DNA from: Candidatus Zhuqueibacterota bacterium
Lineage (GTDB): Bacteria > Zhuqueibacterota > Zhuqueibacteria > Residuimicrobiales > Krinioviventaceae
NCBI GenBank assembly: GCA_016928775.1
Contig: JAFGKD010000054.1
Coordinates: forward strand, 1 to 64,000
Direction of reading: 5' to 3'
Length of the DNA stretch: 64,000 bases
The first letter of the stretch is position 1. The number at the start of each line of letters is the position of its first letter. The position numbers were made by a program, and so were the translations under genes. The notes under the pieces are model-generated. The model did not search any database. It was not told where the DNA came from and saw nothing but the letters and a program-made list of their open reading frames with translations. This document shows positions 1-8,764 of this stretch, piece by piece.

Positions 1-195
1 CAGCTTGGTTTGGCCATTCAGGAAGAACTGGCCAGAATTGTTGCTCCGCGCGGTATAACGATTGAGACGACACCACTGCGCAACGTCGCGCTGCCGGTTC
101 AGCTTAACACCAAGGTGATCATCGTTGGCGCCGGGAAAGACGGATTGCCGATAATTTTAAATATAAATTATGATGAAACAGAAGGACAGCTAAAA

Positions 196-408
196 ATGAA
201 ATTCAAAGTAATCGCAAGTATGCTCTTGGCAGGTCTTGCACTAGTCTTCATCTCTCAAAATGGCAATCTTGTAAACATTCGTTTCTTGTTTTGGACGCTA
301 ACCATGTCTCGTTCAGTACTCATGTTCTCATTTCTTTTGAGCGGGCTTATTCTTGGATGGTTTATACACAGCTATTCGATTCAGCGAAGGCAAAAAGCAA
401 AATCTTGA
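196..408 (+). CDS. Small two-TM membrane protein, LapA/DUF1049-like. The same frame is open back to nt 1, so it could instead be the C-terminus of a 5'-truncated upstream gene.
   Basis: There are two hydrophobic helices (VIASMLLAGLALVFISQ and VLMFSFLLSGLILGWFI) followed by a basic tail. An AAGGA sits 9 nt upstream of ATG 196. The other two frames are closed near nt 1-60, so frame 1 continues upstream. Confidence 0.45.
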   Translation: MKFKVIASMLLAGLALVFISQNGNLVNIRFLFWTLTMSRSVLMFSFLLSGLILGWFIHSYSIQRRQKAKS

Positions 409-529
409 TGAATGAGTGTTTAATTATGAAAATCAAGTGAATTCGATATGTGCTGGATTCAACTTGAGGAGTTTGTCATGCGCAAAACAGGGATGGCCCT
501 GTGATGTTTTTAACAACGAAAGATAAAAT

Positions 530-2191
530 GTGAAAAATGTATTAAAAAAAGCCAATTGCCTTATTGTGCAATCCGAGTTTTCCGCATTCAGCTATTGGAA
601 TTATGCGGATGTATGCAGCCTGGTCGGAGCAAAATATCCGGCCGCACCACTGGGCTTGTTGACCGTCGCGGCCTTGCTACCGCAGCATTGGACATTTAAA
701 CTGGTGGACGCCAATGTTGAAAAGGTACTCGATGACCATTTTGAGTGGGCGGATATCGTCTGTGTTGGCGGCATGTTGCCGCAACAATCCAGTATGCTCT
801 CCATTATCAATCGAGCGCATCAGTTTGATCTGCCGGTTGTCGTCGGCGGCCCGGATCCGACCTCCCAACCTCAATTATATCACTCTGCTGATTTTCTCGT
901 CCTCGGAGAGGGAGAAGTGACCGTTCCCATGTTCATTGCGGATTTGGAAAAAGGTATCACAAGCGGCGTATATCAGTCGGATACACGGGCCGACATGACA
1001 CAAGCCGTAGTGCCGCGGTTCGATTTAATCCGCTTCCAGGATTATCTGCAAATGGGTATTCAATATTCTCGCGGCTGCCCGTTTGGCTGTGAGTTTTGCA
1101 ATATCGTTGAGCTCTTTGGCAGAACACCCCGCACCAAAACGCCGGAGCAGATCGTGCTGGAACTCCAGAAGCTTTTTGATTTGGGCTATCGCGGACATGT
1201 CGATATTGTTGACGACAATTTTATCGGCAACAAAAGGAGCGTTAAAAATCTGCTGACAGCTATCAAAGAGTGGTCAGTGCCGCACAAATATCCGTTTTAT
1301 TTTTCAACAGAATGCTCGATCAATCTGGCGGACGATGATAATCTGATGCAGCTCATGAAAGATGTGGATTTTCGATACGTGTTCATCGGAATTGAAACGC
1401 CGGAAGAAACGGCCCTGATTCAAACAAACAAAACAGCAAATGTCAATAAACCTGTTGCCGAAACCGTTAAAAAGATCAATTCATATGGCATGATTGTGAA
1501 TGCCGGTTTTATCATCGGTTTTGATGAGGAGAGTGAGCACATCGCGGAAAACATGATTCGCTGTATCCAGGATTCGGGTATTGCTATGGCTATGCTTGGT
1601 TTGTTATATGCTTTGCCAAATACTCAATTATCAAGACGGTTGAGGAGGGAAGGACGGTTCTTTGAAAACAGCGCCCTTCTCAAGTCGGACCAGACAATGA
1701 TCGATCAAACAACAAACGGTTTAAATTTTCTCACTAATAGACCGCGGATTGATATTTTGACAGACTATCGTTGTGTTGAGCGTGAGATTTATAATCCAAA
1801 AAATTATTTTAGCAGAGTCTCCCATACCGTGCTTCAGTTGAAAAGTGTTCCCAAATACAAGCCGGGATTTATCAAAAGCCTGAAAACGGCTAAAGCCTTT
1901 GTAAATCTGAGCTGCCAACTTTTAAAAAGCCGCTCTACCGCGTGGCCCTACATCAGAATGTTTACAACAGTCATCTTGAGAAATCCAAAAGGAATTGAAG
2001 CTGCTGTTAATCTGGCGGCCATGTTTATCCATTTTCAAAAACAATCCGGATTCATTATCAAACATATCACCAGCGAGATTAATGTTTTGAAGAGCCATGC
2101 GGAAGAGAGGTTCGAGAGAATTCCGATGGATCAACTATCGGACATGGTATTTGCAAAAATATCCGCTGAATTTGAAGAAGTGGGGCGATGA
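530..2191 (+). CDS. B12-binding domain radical SAM protein with a DUF4070-like C-terminal region
   Basis: The N-terminus has a cobalamin-binding-like Rossmann segment (GLLTVAALLP...DIVCVGG). The CX3CX2C motif is present (CPFGCEFC). The GTG start is followed by a long ORF. Confidence 0.85.
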   Translation: MKNVLKKANCLIVQSEFSAFSYWNYADVCSLVGAKYPAAPLGLLTVAALLPQHWTFKLVDANVEKVLDDHFEWADIVCVGGMLPQQSSMLSIINRAHQFDLPVVVGGPDPTSQPQLYHSADFLVLGEGEVTVPMFIADLEKGITSGVYQSDTRADMTQAVVPRFDLIRFQDYLQMGIQYSRGCPFGCEFCNIVELFGRTPRTKTPEQIVLELQKLFDLGYRGHVDIVDDNFIGNKRSVKNLLTAIKEWSVPHKYPFYFSTECSINLADDDNLMQLMKDVDFRYVFIGIETPEETALIQTNKTANVNKPVAETVKKINSYGMIVNAGFIIGFDEESEHIAENMIRCIQDSGIAMAMLGLLYALPNTQLSRRLRREGRFFENSALLKSDQTMIDQTTNGLNFLTNRPRIDILTDYRCVEREIYNPKNYFSRVSHTVLQLKSVPKYKPGFIKSLKTAKAFVNLSCQLLKSRSTAWPYIRMFTTVILRNPKGIEAAVNLAAMFIHFQKQSGFIIKHITSEINVLKSHAEERFERIPMDQLSDMVFAKISAEFEEVGR

Positions 2192-2231
2192 ATCCTGCGT
2201 TTAACTAACATTTAAAAAAAGGAAGGTCAAA

Positions 2232-3086
2232 ATGAACGCTGTAATTATTATTGTTGCTGCTCTCATTCTCATCTTTGCGCTCGGGATTAGAATTGTGAGA
2301 CCGACTCACAGAGGCTTGATTGAACGGTTGGGAAAGTATAACCGATTTTCCAATCCGGGATTTCACTGGATTATCCCGGTGATTGAAAGAATGTTCCAGG
2401 TGAACACAACCGAACAAATGGTTGATGCAGAACCGCAGGAAATTATCACCAACGACAACTTGAATGCCCGTGTGGATGCCCAGGTGTACTTTAAAGTCAA
2501 ACTGGATGAGGACAGTGTCAAAAGCTCTCAATATAATGTCAATAATTATCAGTGGCAGATCGTTAATCTTGCCCGCACAACGCTGAGAAATATCATTGGC
2601 ACACTGACGTTAAAGTCCGCCAATAGCGAACGCGGTAAAATTAATTCGGAATTACATAAAACCCTGCACGAAGAAACGCAAAGTTGGGGCATTCAAATTG
2701 TTCGCACCGAACTGAAAGAGATCGATCCGCCCGCGGATGTTCAGGAAACGATGAACAAAGTGGTAAAAGCTGAAAATGAAAAAATAGCAGCCATAGACTA
2801 CGCGACAGCCACCGAAACAAAAGCAGATGGTGAAAAACGCTCTAAAATCAAGGAGGCTGAAGGTGTCAGACAATCAAGCATACTGCATGCAGAAGGCGAA
2901 GCCGAGGCAATACGCCTGGTAAATGAAGCAGCCAATAAATTCTTTATCGGCAATGCTCAATTACTGCGAAAATTACAAGCGCTGGAATCGGCGTTAGAGA
3001 AAAATACAAAAATCGTTGTACCGACAGGTTCAGAATTGGTCAATATAATCGGCGATATGGCGGGAGTCGTCCCGCTAAAGTCATAA
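2232..3086 (+). CDS. SPFH/band-7 (stomatin/prohibitin-like) membrane protein
   Basis: There is an N-terminal TM helix followed by an SPFH core (RIVRPTHRGLIERLGKY...FHWIIPVIE) and a coiled-coil EA-rich C-terminus. Confidence 0.8.
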   Translation: MNAVIIIVAALILIFALGIRIVRPTHRGLIERLGKYNRFSNPGFHWIIPVIERMFQVNTTEQMVDAEPQEIITNDNLNARVDAQVYFKVKLDEDSVKSSQYNVNNYQWQIVNLARTTLRNIIGTLTLKSANSERGKINSELHKTLHEETQSWGIQIVRTELKEIDPPADVQETMNKVVKAENEKIAAIDYATATETKADGEKRSKIKEAEGVRQSSILHAEGEAEAIRLVNEAANKFFIGNAQLLRKLQALESALEKNTKIVVPTGSELVNIIGDMAGVVPLKS

Positions 3087-3297
3087 CAAGGCTTAAATGG
3101 GAAACAGTTGAGTGGACAAACTTTGCATGTTAACAAAGATCACGTTACGGGGACAGGAGACCCACAATGACAAAAAATATTTCCGATTCTAAAATAGTAG
3201 ATAACCAGGAAAGAAAGCGCAATGATTGAAAAGTGCGGATTTATTCAGCGCAGCCTGCCGTTTTTGCCGTTAGACGTACTCAGAACGGAGGCTTGAC

Positions 3298-5592
3298 ATA
3301 TCGCCAAGATCAAAAGTATCATCCATCAATCGCATCGCCTTCATCGGCAATTACCTTCCGCGCCAATGCGGTATAGCCACGTTCACAACCGATTTGTGTG
3401 AGGCCATTGCCGCTGAATTCAGCGATATAACGTGCATTGCCCTGCCGGTAAACGACGTCGAGGCCGGTTACGCCTACCCGCGGCGCGTGCGATTTGAGCT
3501 GTCGGAAAAGGACGTTAAATCGTATCGCCGTGCCGCCGACTTTTTAAATATCAATAATGTTGATCTTGCATGCCTGCAGTTCGAATATGGCATCTTTGGT
3601 GGGCGCGCCGGAAGTCATATTCTGACGCTCTTGAAAGAATTGCGTATGCCCATCGTTACAACGCTTCATACCATTCTCCATGAACCCAATGGGGATCAAA
3701 AGCGAGTACTGGAACAAGTGGCCGCGCTGTCCGATCGCCTGGTGGTTATGAGTGAACGAGGCATCGAGTTTTTACAGGATATCTATGGCGTACAGCCCGA
3801 AAAGATTGATTTTATCCCGCACGGCATTCCCGATATACCGTTTGTAGACCCGAGCTTTCACAAAGACCTGTTTGGCGTCGAAGGCAAAACCGTATTGCTG
3901 AGCTTTGGCTTACTATCAAAAAACAAAGGCATTGAAACGGTAATTGAGGCTCTCCCCGCCATTGTCGCCCGTTATCCAAACGTGGTCTACATTGTCCTCG
4001 GGGCCACACATCCACATGTTATTCAACAGGAAGGTGAAACATATCGATTGTCTCTGCAATGGCTAGCCCAAAAAAATAATGTCGAAAGTCATGTTGTGTT
4101 TTACAACCGTTTTGTCAGTTTGGAAGAGCTCATCCAGTTCATCGGCGCGGCAGACATTTACATCACGCCATATCTTGACGCGGCACAAATAACCTCGGGC
4201 ACGCTGGCGTATACCCTTGGAGCAGGAAAGGCTGTGATTTCAACTCCCTATTGGTATGCGCAAGAGATGTTGGCTGATGAAAGAGGTGCGCTGGTGCCGT
4301 TTCGTGATGCTGTGGCGTTGGCCGCCCAGGTAGTCGATCTGCTCGACGATGAGTCCAAACGACATGCCATGCGTAAGCGAGCTTATCTGTTCGGTCGCGC
4401 TATGGTCTGGCAACAGGTCGCCCGCCGTTATATGGAAAGTTTTAATCAGGCTCGTGTCGAACGCCGGCATTTTATTCCTCCAGGCTTTGCCGCCAGAGCC
4501 CTCGACAAGTACCCTGGCGAACTACCGCCGCTCAAGCTCGATCATCTTCACCATATGACCGATAGTACCGGTATGATTCAACATGCCACGTTCACCGTAC
4601 CCAATTATATCGATGGCTATTGCACCGACGACAACGCCCGCGCCCTCATTGTGAGCACACACCTGGCCGAATTAGGGTTGGAAAATGGCGAAGCCATGAG
4701 CTTGTCGACGCGCTATCTTGCCTTTATCAATTTTGCCTTTAATGCAGAGACCAGTCGTTTTCGTAATTTTATGAATTACCAACGGAACTGGCTTGAAAAA
4801 AGCGGCTCGGACGACAGTCACGGACGCACGTTGTGGGCTTTAGGTACGCTCTTGGGCCGTACAAATACTCCGTCCCTTCAAAGTATGGCCGGATGGCTGT
4901 TTGAGCAAGCCTTGCCCGCTGTCCTCAAAACCAACAGCCCACGCGCGTGGGCCTTTACTCTTATCGGTATTCACGAGTATCTGTTACGCTTTGATGGCGA
5001 TCGCCGTGCCAACCAGATTCGAGATGAACTGGCTAACCGGCTGCTCGGATTATATCAAAATAACTGCTCCGATGACTGGCTTTGGTATGAAGACGATCTG
5101 AGCTATTGTAACGCGGCCTTGCCTCAGGCCATGCTTCTGTGCGGCCAATCGATTCCTGATGCAAACATGACCAAAGCCGGGTTGCAATCACTTGGTTGGC
5201 TGGCCAATCTGCAAAGGACGGATGCCGTTGGAGGGCATTTTGTCCCCATCGGCTCCAATGGCTTTTATAAGCGAGGTGGAGAGCGCGCCAGATTTGACCA
5301 ACAGCCTGTTGAAGTGCAAGCTATGGTCTCTGCCTGTCTCGAAGCTTTCCGGATTACTACCGATAAATCCTGGTATAAAGAAGCCCGCCGCGCTTTCGAA
5401 TGGTTCCTCGGACGAAATGACTTGAACCTTCCCGTTTATGATCCCACTACAGGAGGCTGCCGCGACGGCCTCCATGCAGACAGGCCGAATCAAAATCAAG
5501 GTGCAGAGTCGACCCTGGCTTTTCTCCAGTCTGTTTTAGAGTTGCGCCTGGCCGAAAATCCCTTACTTTTAATGGAAAGCCAAACAGCATGA
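3298..5592 (+). CDS. GT4-family glycosyltransferase fused to a large C-terminal (alpha/alpha)-barrel-like domain of unknown function. The start is non-canonical.
   Basis: The six-frame track calls a TTG at 3394. The same frame is open from 3274 and there encodes the canonical GT4 N-terminus RIAFIGNYLPRQCGIATFTTDL. No ATG/GTG/TTG exists in that stretch. An ATA at 3298 sits 6 nt after GGAGG (3287-3291). The C-terminal Rossmann half is GKTVLLSFGLLSKNKGIE... Confidence 0.7.
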   Translation: MSPRSKVSSINRIAFIGNYLPRQCGIATFTTDLCEAIAAEFSDITCIALPVNDVEAGYAYPRRVRFELSEKDVKSYRRAADFLNINNVDLACLQFEYGIFGGRAGSHILTLLKELRMPIVTTLHTILHEPNGDQKRVLEQVAALSDRLVVMSERGIEFLQDIYGVQPEKIDFIPHGIPDIPFVDPSFHKDLFGVEGKTVLLSFGLLSKNKGIETVIEALPAIVARYPNVVYIVLGATHPHVIQQEGETYRLSLQWLAQKNNVESHVVFYNRFVSLEELIQFIGAADIYITPYLDAAQITSGTLAYTLGAGKAVISTPYWYAQEMLADERGALVPFRDAVALAAQVVDLLDDESKRHAMRKRAYLFGRAMVWQQVARRYMESFNQARVERRHFIPPGFAARALDKYPGELPPLKLDHLHHMTDSTGMIQHATFTVPNYIDGYCTDDNARALIVSTHLAELGLENGEAMSLSTRYLAFINFAFNAETSRFRNFMNYQRNWLEKSGSDDSHGRTLWALGTLLGRTNTPSLQSMAGWLFEQALPAVLKTNSPRAWAFTLIGIHEYLLRFDGDRRANQIRDELANRLLGLYQNNCSDDWLWYEDDLSYCNAALPQAMLLCGQSIPDANMTKAGLQSLGWLANLQRTDAVGGHFVPIGSNGFYKRGGERARFDQQPVEVQAMVSACLEAFRITTDKSWYKEARRAFEWFLGRNDLNLPVYDPTTGGCRDGLHADRPNQNQGAESTLAFLQSVLELRLAENPLLLMESQTA

Positions 5593-6530
5593 ATCCACAA
5601 TATCCCGAACTTTTTCAACGGTATAAAAACAATCCTATCCTCACCGCTAACGACTGGCCCTATCCCATTCATTCCGTTTTTAATCCCGCAGCCATGCTGC
5701 AGCCTGACTCAACAACCTTGCTCCTTTGTCGTGTAGAAGACCGGCGAGGTCACTCGCATCTGTGTGCCGCCCGTTCCAATAATGGCGTAGATAATTGGCA
5801 AATCGATCCACAGCCCACACTTTTACCCAATCCAGATCACTTTCCGGAAGAAATATGGGGCATCGAAGATCCGCGCATCACCTATGTCCCCGAACTGGAA
5901 CAATATGCTATCGTTTATACAGCGTTCACTCGCGACGGTCCCGGTGTGGCTTTAGCCTTGACAAAAGATTTTCGTCATTTTGAGCGTTGTGGCCTGATCA
6001 TGTCCTCCGATGATAAAGATGCTGCTTTGTTGCCACGTCGCATTGACGGTTCTTGGGCGCTCATCCATCGCCCGGTCAGTTCTACGCATGCCCACATGTG
6101 GATTTCCTTTTCGGATGATCTGCGTCATTGGGGGAGCGACAAGTTAATGATGAAAGCCCGGAGAGGGGCGTGGTGGGATGCTAACAAGATCGGTCTATCG
6201 CCTCCGCCTATCGAAACATCGCAGGGGTGGCTGGTTATTTATCACGGCGTGCGGCAAACCGCATCCGGTTCTCTGTATCGTCTGGGACTGGCGCTGTTTG
6301 ATTTGGAATCACCAGAGCGCTGCCTGAAACGCGGCGATGAATGGATTTTCGGGCCGCAAGAACCTTATGAACTGTATGGCGATGTGAACAACGTCGTCTT
6401 TCCTTGCGGGTATACCATTGCTGCGGATGGCGACACCCTGCACCTCTATTATGGCGCCGCTGATTCAACGGTTGCATTGGCCACGGGTAGCATTAGTTCA
6501 ATGCTCAATTGGCTGGGACAGCAAAAATGA
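5589..6530 (+). CDS. GH130 family beta-mannoside phosphorylase/glycosidase (DUF377)
   Basis: The IEDPRI motif and KDAALLPRRIDGSWALIHRP are present. The start overlaps the upstream stop (ATGA), suggesting translational coupling. Confidence 0.8.
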   Translation: MNPQYPELFQRYKNNPILTANDWPYPIHSVFNPAAMLQPDSTTLLLCRVEDRRGHSHLCAARSNNGVDNWQIDPQPTLLPNPDHFPEEIWGIEDPRITYVPELEQYAIVYTAFTRDGPGVALALTKDFRHFERCGLIMSSDDKDAALLPRRIDGSWALIHRPVSSTHAHMWISFSDDLRHWGSDKLMMKARRGAWWDANKIGLSPPPIETSQGWLVIYHGVRQTASGSLYRLGLALFDLESPERCLKRGDEWIFGPQEPYELYGDVNNVVFPCGYTIAADGDTLHLYYGAADSTVALATGSISSMLNWLGQQK

Positions 6531-6561
6531 GATGTATCGTAAACGAATAGCTGTAAATGAA

Positions 6562-6588
6562 AATGCCACTCCAAAACAAAGTGGCATT
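6562..6588 (-). terminator. Hairpin (9-bp stem AATGCCACT/AGTGGCATT) followed on the minus strand by a U-rich tract. Candidate terminator for tRNA-Val.
   Basis: Stem and loop were read directly. The downstream minus-strand sequence is TTTCATTT. Confidence 0.35.
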
Positions 6589-6694
6589 ACTGTGTCCAAA
6601 CTGTGCACAAAAGTGGCACAAATTCAAGCTATTTCACGCACATGCTGTCCAGCAACAACATTCAACAACCTATTAAAAATATAGACTTGACGTG

Positions 6695-6768
6695 TGGGCG
6701 ATACTGGAATTGAACCAGTGACCTCCGGTATGTGAGACCGGCACTCTAACCAACTGAGCTAATCGCCC
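6695..6768 (-). tRNA. tRNA-Val (anticodon CAC). CCA is not encoded.
   Basis: The reverse complement folds as a canonical cloverleaf: GGGCGAT acceptor, GCTC/GAGT D-stem, CCGGT-CTCACAT-ACCGG anticodon arm, ACTGG-TTCAATT-CCAGT T-arm. Confidence 0.85.
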
Positions 6769-6782
6769 AAAAATCGGCTGAT

Positions 6783-6810
6783 AATATAACATTTCTTTGT
6801 TAAAACGCAA
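6783..6810 (-). promoter_or_regulatory. Candidate sigma70-type promoter for tRNA-Val (TTGCGT-16 nt-TATATT on the minus strand)
   Basis: The hexamers were read on the reverse complement. The -10 element lies about 14 nt upstream of the mature tRNA 5' end. Confidence 0.3.
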
Positions 6811-6928
6811 GTTTTTATTGCCCGCTTTTTATTTTGTTTTTCGGAAAATTTCTTTTACATTTCGCCTCATCAAATACTGCCAAAATCCAGTTTGTTTCTG
6901 GTCTATCATTCTTCCGGAAGAGGCTGAT

Positions 6929-8761
6929 ATGGAACTACACATCGTTGATATTCTCATCATCCTGGTTTACATTGCCGCAACGATTTTTATTGGTTTTTAC
7001 ATTCGCAAGCGCGCCGCAAAAAACCTGGACTCCTATTTCCTGGGCGATAAGGGTATGCCATGGTACGTTCTGGGCGTGTCAAACGCCTCGGGCATGTTTG
7101 ATATCACCGGCACAATGTGGCTGGTGTACATTATGTTTGTCTATGGCTTGAAAAGTGCCTTTTTGCCCTGGGTGTGGCCGACGTTCAACCAGATTTTTCT
7201 GATGATGTTTTTAGCCGCATGGCTGCGCCGCTCCAATGTCCTCACCGGCGCGGAATGGATTACGACCCGGTTTGGAAAAAACATTGGCTCGACTTTATCC
7301 CATATTTCGGTCGTTGTGTTTGCTTTGGTCAGCGTGATTGGCTTTCTGGCTTATGCATTCCAGGGCATCGGCAAATTTGCCGCTACGCTTTTACCGTGGT
7401 CTTTTGGCAGTCAAAGCTCCACAGCCCATATTTATGCCCTTATTTTTATGTGCGTCACGGCTATCTATGTTATCTCCGGTGGCATGTTTAGCGTAGTCTT
7501 TACCGAGGTGCTGCAATTTATCATCATGACGATCTCTTCTATCGTCGTCGGTATCATCGCGATGCGTCAGGTCTCTCCACATGTGCTGCAAACTCTCGTG
7601 CCTGAAGGTTGGGATAATCTGTTTTTTGGCTGGAGGCTGGATATCGATTGGACCAATCTCATGCCATCTGTGATGGACAAAATTGCCGCGGATGACTATA
7701 CCTTGTTTGGCGGACTGTTTGGCGCTTTTTTTATGATGATGTTGTTCAAAGGCATTCTTGTCTCTCTGGCCGGGCCGGCTCCCAACTATGATATGCAACG
7801 CATCCTCGCGACCCGAAGCGCAAAAGAAGCGGGCAAAATGAGTGGCTTTGTCAGTGTGGCCCTGTTTTTCCCGCGCTATATGATGATCGCTGGACTCACA
7901 GTTCTGGCAATCGTCTTTTATTCACCCCAGTTGAATCAAATGGGCGCACATGTTGATTTTGAGCAGGTGCTGCCGTTCGCCATTAAAAACTTTATTCCGG
8001 TTGGCTTGATGGGCGTTCTGCTGGCAGGACTGCTATCCGCATTTATGTCCACTTTTGCTGCCACGGTGAATGCCGCGCCAGCTTATGTGGTGAATGATAT
8101 CTACAAACGTTATATCAAACCGGACGCCAGCAACAAAACACTCATCACCCTGAGTTATATCATTTCGGCTGTATTTGTTGGACTGGGCATTCTGTTTGGC
8201 TTTTTATCCGAGTCTATAAACCAGGTGACCTTGTGGATCACCTCGGCACTGTGGGGTGGTTATGCTGCACCCAATGTCTTGAAATGGTATTGGTGGCGTT
8301 TTAACGGACACGGATATTTCTGGGGCATGATCTCGGGCATCCTCGGAGCCATTATTTTGCCTGGCTTGAGCAAATATGGTCTTATACCCCCCTTGAATGC
8401 CATGGAGAGTTTCCCGATCATTTTTGGCATTTCGCTCCTCGGATCTATTTTTGCCACATTTGCAACAAAGCCGGAGAAAGACGATGTACTTGTCGATTTT
8501 TACACTCGCGTCCGGCCGTGGGGTTTTTGGAAACCGGTTCATCAAAAAGCAGTGGCGCAATATCCCGACTTTAAGGCGAATGAAAACTTTCGCCGCGATA
8601 TGGTCAATGTCTTCGCAGGGATCGCCTGGCAAATGTCCATGCTGGTGATGCCGGTCTATCTCGTCATTCAAAATTATACAAACTTTGCCATAGCGATCGG
8701 CGTGTTTATTGTCACCAGCATTTTTATAAAGTTTAACTGGTGGAATAAACTGGAAGATTGA
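6929..8761 (+). CDS. Sodium:solute symporter (SSF) family transporter
   Basis: About 13 TM helices are predicted. A conserved N-terminal block (YFLGDKGMPWYVLGVSNASGMFDITG) is present. ATG 6929 is preferred over the 6797 extension. Confidence 0.8.
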   Translation: MELHIVDILIILVYIAATIFIGFYIRKRAAKNLDSYFLGDKGMPWYVLGVSNASGMFDITGTMWLVYIMFVYGLKSAFLPWVWPTFNQIFLMMFLAAWLRRSNVLTGAEWITTRFGKNIGSTLSHISVVVFALVSVIGFLAYAFQGIGKFAATLLPWSFGSQSSTAHIYALIFMCVTAIYVISGGMFSVVFTEVLQFIIMTISSIVVGIIAMRQVSPHVLQTLVPEGWDNLFFGWRLDIDWTNLMPSVMDKIAADDYTLFGGLFGAFFMMMLFKGILVSLAGPAPNYDMQRILATRSAKEAGKMSGFVSVALFFPRYMMIAGLTVLAIVFYSPQLNQMGAHVDFEQVLPFAIKNFIPVGLMGVLLAGLLSAFMSTFAATVNAAPAYVVNDIYKRYIKPDASNKTLITLSYIISAVFVGLGILFGFLSESINQVTLWITSALWGGYAAPNVLKWYWWRFNGHGYFWGMISGILGAIILPGLSKYGLIPPLNAMESFPIIFGISLLGSIFATFATKPEKDDVLVDFYTRVRPWGFWKPVHQKAVAQYPDFKANENFRRDMVNVFAGIAWQMSMLVMPVYLVIQNYTNFAIAIGVFIVTSIFIKFNWWNKLED

Positions 8762-8764
8762 CGC

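Noticed and set aside
1-195. Upstream part of the open frame before the LapA-like ORF
   Set aside because: The frame is open from nt 1, so an upstream gene may continue into the LapA-like region. The 65 translated residues match no family I recognize, so no separate feature was called.
3167-3229. 20-codon ORF (MTKNISDSKIVDNQERKRND) with GGAG upstream, in the GT4 leader region
   Set aside because: It is too short and unconserved-looking to support. It could be a leader peptide, but there is no attenuator structure.
6797-6928. N-terminal extension of the first SSF transporter ORF
   Set aside because: The paralog alignment and the TM topology begin at MELHIV (6929). The extension is low-complexity and unconserved.
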